From positions 1-36,727 of the forward strand of contig CAXNAA020000016.1 in the NCBI GenBank assembly GCA_964200075.2: a stretch of 36,727 bases of DNA. Reading direction: 5' to 3'. A program made the translations under genes and the position numbers. Origin of the DNA: Sphacelaria rigidula (taxonomy: Eukaryota). The notes beneath the pieces are model-generated. The model did not search any database. It was not told where the DNA came from and saw nothing but the letters and a program-made list of their open reading frames with translations. This document shows positions 34,801 through 36,727 of the stretch, piece after piece (position 1 is the stretch's first letter; every line of letters begins with the position of its first letter).

Positions 34801-36296
34801 TCCGGGTCTTGGATGAGAACAGTACAGACACGGCGTCCATATTGGAGAAGAGACTCACTTCTTGTCGAGAGCGGATCGCCAACATCATCCCGCTCACGTC
34901 GATCAAGATCGTCGTGGTTGTATGGCAAATTGTTACGCAGGTGAGAGTGGGTGAGGTGATGGAGCAATATTTCGACGGCTATTTGTTTCGGGAAGGCAAG
35001 CGCACTAGCTAAGGGTGCTTCTAGGCACTGAACTCGGGAGTGGTCCATGCAAAGTCCAAGTTCCAGCGTGTTACCTTTGCGCCAGCGCTCTCTCTGATAT
35101 TTGACAACGATTCGAATTTTGCCGACATGCTCTGACTCGAGTATCGATCCCTCCCTTCGTTTCTCTCGATCGTTGAAAAAAACACACAGTTTTCGTCAGT
35201 GGTGAACGTGGTGTATCCCGATGTGTACGAGAGGTTCCTGTCCGCGCTGAACCTGGTAAACCTCAATCTCGGCTTCATCCTATCCGTCTCGTGCATCGTC
35301 GACATCAACTTCTACGGCCAGCTCGTTTTCGTGACAATCAGTCCACTGGTTGTGGCTGGAGTTCTAGCAGGGACGTACGCCGTGTCTAGGTCACGGAACC
35401 GCCACTCTCCCGCGGGAATGCAAGCTGCCAAACACAAGCATCTATCGATCGCGCTCCTCGTTGCGTATTTCATCTACTCTTCGGTGTCGTTCACCATATT
35501 TCAAACGTTCGTTTGCGAGCCGCTGGATGACGGGATGAAGTACTTGCGTGCGGACTACAGCCTCACCTGCTCGACAGGCATCCACACGGCGATGCAGGTG
35601 TACGCCGGTCTGATGATCTTCGTATACCCAGTAGGCATCCCGGCCTTTTTCGCTTGGTGGCTCATTTCTCACCGACACGACCTCGTGAAGGTTGGCTCTA
35701 CCAGCACCTCCTCAGAAGCATCTAGGACACTGGACCACCTGCAGCCCATGCGAGATCTCTGGGATCCCTATAAACCCCGCCGGTACTATTATGAGGTGGT
35801 GGAGTGTTGTCGGCGGATAGCGTTGACAGGGCTGGCTGTATTTCTGCTGCCTGGCAGCGCGGCGCAGGTAGCGATTGAGGTGGTGCTCGCTGCTGTGTTT
35901 ATCGCGTTGTCCGAAAAGCTTTCGCCTTTTGCGGACCCCTTGGATGCGTGGCTATATCGTTGCGGCGTTTGGGTTGTTTTTTTCTCCATGTACCTGTGTC
36001 TGTTGTTGAAAGTCGATGCTTCGGACGAGGACAGTCGAAGCCAAGTGGAGTTCGCGAAAGTGCTAATCACGGCGCATGTTTGCATGGTTTTAATGGTAGC
36101 GTTCCAGGCCGTGCTCTCGTTGAGGAGGGGCCTCGATTCCGTGCGGAATCGGCGGGTTGCTAATCAACGCTTCCGAGGTTCGCGTTTCGCACAGGTGCGC
36201 GGCAGGACTGTTAAGGTTGATGCTGAAGACGGATCCGAGCCACAGTGGTCGACAGGAGCTGATGACACCGCTTGCAGAGCTGCAACACCAGGATGA
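593..36296 (+). CDS. Spliced, 5'-partial gene: PMP-repeat (GGA[ILV]/FxxN right-handed beta-helix) + Cys-rich + multi-pass membrane protein. Exons: 593-673, 2313-2390, 3288-3368, 11699-11779, 14628-14708, 16137-16217, 25020-25106, 25505-25588, 30783-30944, 31376-31552, 32116-32336, 32859-32972, 33246-33426, 33743-33829, 34738-34940, 35190-36296
   Basis: All 16 segments have AG acceptors and, except the last, GT donors. Intron phases are mutually compatible and give one stop-free frame (about 968 aa) ending in TGA at 36294-36296. GGA and FxxN motifs form across exon junctions. Confidence 0.85.
1033..1507. repeat. Foldback element: about 195-bp imperfect inverted arms (1033-1227 / 1312-1507)
   Basis: e.g. 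ttcatcgcggagttttggcggaata pairs with tattccgccaaagctccgcgatgaa; further copies at about 12778-13230 and about 11480-11660 (left arm only). Confidence 0.85.
2313..2390 (+). CDS. Repeat exon 2 (78 nt, phase 1-1): GAAYISSSDVTIDGDMTLVNHAATFG
   Basis: Same splice contexts as exon 1; one codon shorter, frame preserved. Confidence 0.8.
3288..3368 (+). CDS. Repeat exon 3 (81 nt, phase 1-1): GAVYVTSSDVTIDGVMTVANNTARSLG
   Basis: cccgccgcAG / GTgagac flanks, open frame. Confidence 0.85.
3711..3971. mobile_element. MITE, about 260 bp, with about 38-bp terminal inverted repeats
   Basis: tgcagccactttctacgatagcccc...caaaac versus gttttggggaggggctatcgtagaaagtgtctgca; no clear TSD. Confidence 0.7.
4003..4265 (-). 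repeat. Copia 3' LTR (homologous part)
   Basis: 263-bp match to 9715-9977; starts TGTCGG on the minus strand next to the polypurine tract; outer end not resolvable. Confidence 0.85.
4580..9451 (-). pseudogene. Copia gag-pol polyprotein, frameshifted and stop-interrupted
   Basis: Zn knuckles CGKTGHFMSEC and CEGCGDNGH; protease WIADSWSSYHMT (about 7965-8000); HHCC (HQSHGH...CKGC); integrase core D-ASGP, RSDGDGE, NGVAER; RT KARL and HVDD; RNase H YADAD, EDNQGA, HIDIRHHF; split over many ORFs. Confidence 0.93.
9715..9977 (-). repeat. Copia 5' LTR (homologous part)
   Basis: 263-bp match to 4003-4265 with many substitutions; primer-binding site not recognised. Confidence 0.85.
9978..10998 (-). 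mobile_element. piggyBac-like non-autonomous element, second copy of 26770-27806, inverted and truncated at the copia LTR
   Basis: 9978-10315 matches the reverse complement of about 27465-27788; 10637-10998 matches the reverse complement of 26770-27121; ends cccaaaatggt|TTAA. Confidence 0.8.
11699..11779 (+). CDS. Repeat exon 4 (81 nt, phase 1-1): GGMILIHSNVTIDGDMTLANNIAGETG
   Basis: cccgccgcAG / GTgagac flanks, open frame. Confidence 0.85.
12133..12343. mobile_element. 211-bp MITE with TGT..A(T)A ends, 35-bp TIRs, approximate 4-bp TSD (gagg/aagg) and internal telomere-like hexamers
   Basis: tgtaatgcgtgacaggaccgtgtggtaaggggacc versus ggtcccctaaccacgcggtcctctaacgcattata; paralogous cassettes show the empty site gaggaggtacttc. 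Confidence 0.85.
12778..13230. repeat. Second copy of the foldback element
   Basis: Homologous to 1033-1507, with a small deletion in the left arm. Confidence 0.8.
13561..13650. mobile_element. 90-bp palindromic insertion (TGT...ACA) with GATC target-site duplication
   Basis: 42 of 45 positions pair, no loop; GATC at 13557-13560 and 13651-13654; empty site gcgggatcgcacc near 1828-1840. Confidence 0.92.
13797..14275. other. About 480-bp segment absent from the paralogous cassette (insertion of unknown class, or deletion in the other copy)
   Basis: Flanks 'gaacgcgatatcccat' and 'tcgccgtt' are nearly adjacent near 1945-1980; no TIR or TSD recognised. Confidence 0.5.
14628..14708 (+). CDS. Repeat exon 5 (81 nt, phase 1-1): GAIIVLGSNITIDGDMTFADNAAGVNG
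   Basis: cccgccgcAG / GTgagac flanks, GGAI and FADN motifs. Confidence 0.85.
16137..16217 (+). CDS. Repeat exon 6 (81 nt, phase 1-1): GALVLSSSNVAIMGYMTLTNNTAGEDG
   Basis: cccgccgcAG / GTgagat flanks; not recovered by the ORF track in this frame; flanking cassette more diverged. Confidence 0.8.
16310..17245. other. About 0.9-kb insertion interrupting cassette 6
   Basis: Cassette homology stops after 'gaaccgtcatcgt' (about 16304) and resumes at 'agtacgcgcagcacctc' (17251); contains a duplicated 'attgcgctggagccga'. Confidence 0.5.
19278..19492. repeat. Minisatellite, 5 x 43 bp (consensus about gaatcgcggccaccaatgtctattgctggccacaataggatct)
   Basis: Five contiguous equal-length diverged units at the end of a CAATAG/CTATTG-rich tract (about 18350-19500). 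Confidence 0.85.
20159..20485. mobile_element. MITE, about 327 bp, with 34-bp TIRs and an internal telomere-like tract
   Basis: gacctaaatagatgtacgtaaacaatgattggta versus taccaaccattgtttacgtacatttctttaggtc; ttagggttggggttagcgtcaggg near 20410. Confidence 0.8.
21938..23041. mobile_element. piggyBac-like non-autonomous element (second family) with TTAA TSD
   Basis: TTAA|acgtttgaccgcgagc ... gctcgcggtcaaaggg|TTAA. Confidence 0.7.
22108..22323. mobile_element. Nested MITE, about 216 bp
   Basis: ccgtcacccccc...tgatctgacgggaa versus ttcccgtcagatca...gggggtgacgg. Confidence 0.75.
23700..24625 (+). pseudogene. Degenerate non-LTR retrotransposon (LINE) fragment, AP-endonuclease region
   Basis: GEVMSVGSFNARIG resembles the GDFNA(R/K)xG APE motif; strongly purine-skewed strand; boundaries approximate. 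Confidence 0.6.
25020..25106 (+). CDS. Repeat exon 7 (87 nt, phase 1-1): GALHVTHDSEVVMASVGILFVDNSAERNG
   Basis: ggcAG / GTaaga flanks; GGAL and FVDN motifs; flanks not homologous to the cassette. Confidence 0.8.
25505..25588 (+). CDS. Repeat exon 8 (84 nt, phase 1-1): GAVSVEDDSSLTMKGPITFVDNRAQENG
   Basis: cgcAG / GTgaag flanks; GGAV and FVDN motifs. Confidence 0.8.
25835..25885. repeat. (CA)n microsatellite, imperfect
   Basis: Direct reading of the sequence. Confidence 0.95.
26770..27806 (+). mobile_element. piggyBac-like non-autonomous element with TTAA TSD
   Basis: TTAA|accttttgggaccgg ... ccggtcccaaaaggg|TTAA; internal inverted motif accctgtgttagtg; second copy at 9978-10998. Confidence 0.82.
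28311..28549. repeat. Hairpin with about 100-bp arms and about 30-nt loop at the right end of the mariner-like element
   Basis: tggagcgtaagacttggtatggacaatgca versus tgcattgtccataccgaagtttacgctcca; tttttcgtgagttaag versus cttaactcacgaaaaa. Confidence 0.85.
29025..29400 (-). pseudogene. Relic of the C-terminal restriction-like-endonuclease region of a non-LTR retrotransposon (CRE/R2-like)
   Basis: KLATPAVGRVGGLGKEG...ERLLQLISVATQVAI resembles the P(L/F)AVExxGxLG RLE tail; recognition from memory, not from a search. Confidence 0.5.
30783..30944 (+). CDS. Exon 9 (162 nt, two PMP repeats): GAIAVYASTILVEEGTVFSGNSAISGAGGGIYCSLAVASFRESIFTANEAIWGG
   Basis: Pyrimidine tract + caAG acceptor, GTcggt donor; FSGN, GGGI and FTAN motifs. 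Confidence 0.8.
31376..31552 (+). CDS. Exon 10 (177 nt): GLALFSSG...FDRNKAVDGGAMYSVAGYDMINNSSFEENRA
   Basis: ccAG / GTatgg flanks; FxxN and GGA motifs. Confidence 0.8.
32116..32336 (+). CDS. Exon 11: EGSGGAYLHSG...FAGNRAGDDGLAI...FRSNTYYCPSGQYGYE...DE (end of beta-helix, start of Cys-rich region)
   Basis: gcAG acceptor; phase-0 donor at 32336 (alternative at 32306); CPxGxY motif. Confidence 0.78.
32859..32972 (+). CDS. Exon 12: VSGTCRFDLVWEDCPVSCEEIPESIDVLNDSFVPTCET (Cys-rich)
   Basis: gacAG / GTgcga flanks, phase 0-0, 114 nt. Confidence 0.75.
33246..33426 (+). CDS. Exon 13: AMTGVDASGDGGMTLSMLKLDHGYYRTS...RCHQENACIGG...YCETGYQGP
   Basis: ttcAG / GTaaga flanks; GYYR..C..AC.GG..C..GY.GP Cys-rich juxtamembrane pattern. 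Confidence 0.85.
33743..33829 (+). CDS. Exon 14: YCAVCEEGYASGYQYSCSSCFGENKRSAM
   Basis: tgcAG / GTgagc flanks; CxxC..GY..CxxC continues the GP-Y-CAVC motif across the junction. Confidence 0.85.
34738..34940 (+). CDS. Exon 15: first transmembrane segments (GTSIALLLVALVIITMVIANL...IKIVVVVWQIVTQ)
   Basis: gtAG / GTgaga flanks, phase 1-0, hydrophobic stretches. Confidence 0.85.
35190..36296 (+). CDS. Terminal exon 16: multi-pass membrane domain and short C-terminal tail
   Basis: cacAG acceptor in frame with the 365-aa ORF; about 7 hydrophobic helices; YLRADYSLTC, YPVGIP and YKPRRYYYEVVECCRR motifs. Confidence 0.92.
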   Translation, partial: FSSVVNVVYPDVYERFLSALNLVNLNLGFILSVSCIVDINFYGQLVFVTISPLVVAGVLAGTYAVSRSRNRHSPAGMQAAKHKHLSIALLVAYFIYSSVSFTIFQTFVCEPLDDGMKYLRADYSLTCSTGIHTAMQVYAGLMIFVYPVGIPAFFAWWLISHRHDLVKVGSTSTSSEASRTLDHLQPMRDLWDPYKPRRYYYEVVECCRRIALTGLAVFLLPGSAAQVAIEVVLAAVFIALSEKLSPFADPLDAWLYRCGVWVVFFSMYLCLLLKVDASDEDSRSQVEFAKVLITAHVCMVLMVAFQAVLSLRRGLDSVRNRRVANQRFRGSRFAQVRGRTVKVDAEDGSEPQWSTGADDTACRAATPG

Positions 36297-36499
36297 GGGT
36301 TACAGCTTGTTTATCAGCCAACACCTTGGCTCGAAGGGTGTTGTGTGAGACTACGTGTTGATAGGATCACTCACCGGGATCGGATGCGTTATTTCCCTGG
36401 GAAAGCCAATGAGGACCATCGGGTGATGATTTCACCGTTGATTTGGACTTCTCGTGATATTCTATATTGATGTTTCAGTAGAAACCCCCTCCCCCCCCC

Positions 36500-36727
36500 C
36501 CGCGCGCCCTAAGGAGGAACGGGACGTGCTATAGGACGAATTGCGGGACGTGAAGAAAGGTGGCATGAAATCGTTTGATGCATCAGACAGTAGGGAGAAA
36601 ACGATGGCTGTACTAGGGGATGGATGGTGGCCACAGACGGCGAAACAGGACGGGGATAAGACATGTAAAAGGTTCCGTGTGTAATGTATGGAAGAAACGT
36701 AATGAGCTACGGAAGAAACGTCATGAG
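36500..36727 (+). mobile_element. Probable LINE 3'-end fragment downstream of the gene
   Basis: Translates as EERDVL*DELRDVKKGGMKSFDASDSREKTMAVLGDGWWPQTAKQDGDK, a pattern I recall from brown-algal interspersed repeats; unverified. Confidence 0.45.

Overview
Eukaryotic genomic DNA. The intron-rich architecture, splice-site style and repeat families look like a brown alga (Ectocarpus-like Phaeophyceae); this is an inference. The window holds the 3' part of one large + strand gene: 16 exons reconstructed by hand (593..36296, about 968 aa in the window, 5' end outside it). It encodes a probable surface receptor made of a PMP-type GGA[ILV]/FxxN beta-helix ectodomain, a Cys-rich stalk and a multi-pass membrane domain. 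The first eight exons are symmetric phase-1 micro-exons (78-87 nt), each coding one repeat. Six of them lie inside a tandemly amplified exon+intron cassette, and their variation clusters in two short codon windows, which suggests a diversifying receptor built by exon-cassette amplification. The long introns are packed with nested mobile DNA: a decayed Ty1/copia LTR retrotransposon, piggyBac-like (TTAA), Tc1/mariner-like (TA), hAT-like and TGT..ACA (Ginger-like) non-autonomous elements, foldback hairpins and LINE relics. All coordinates and alignments were read by eye.
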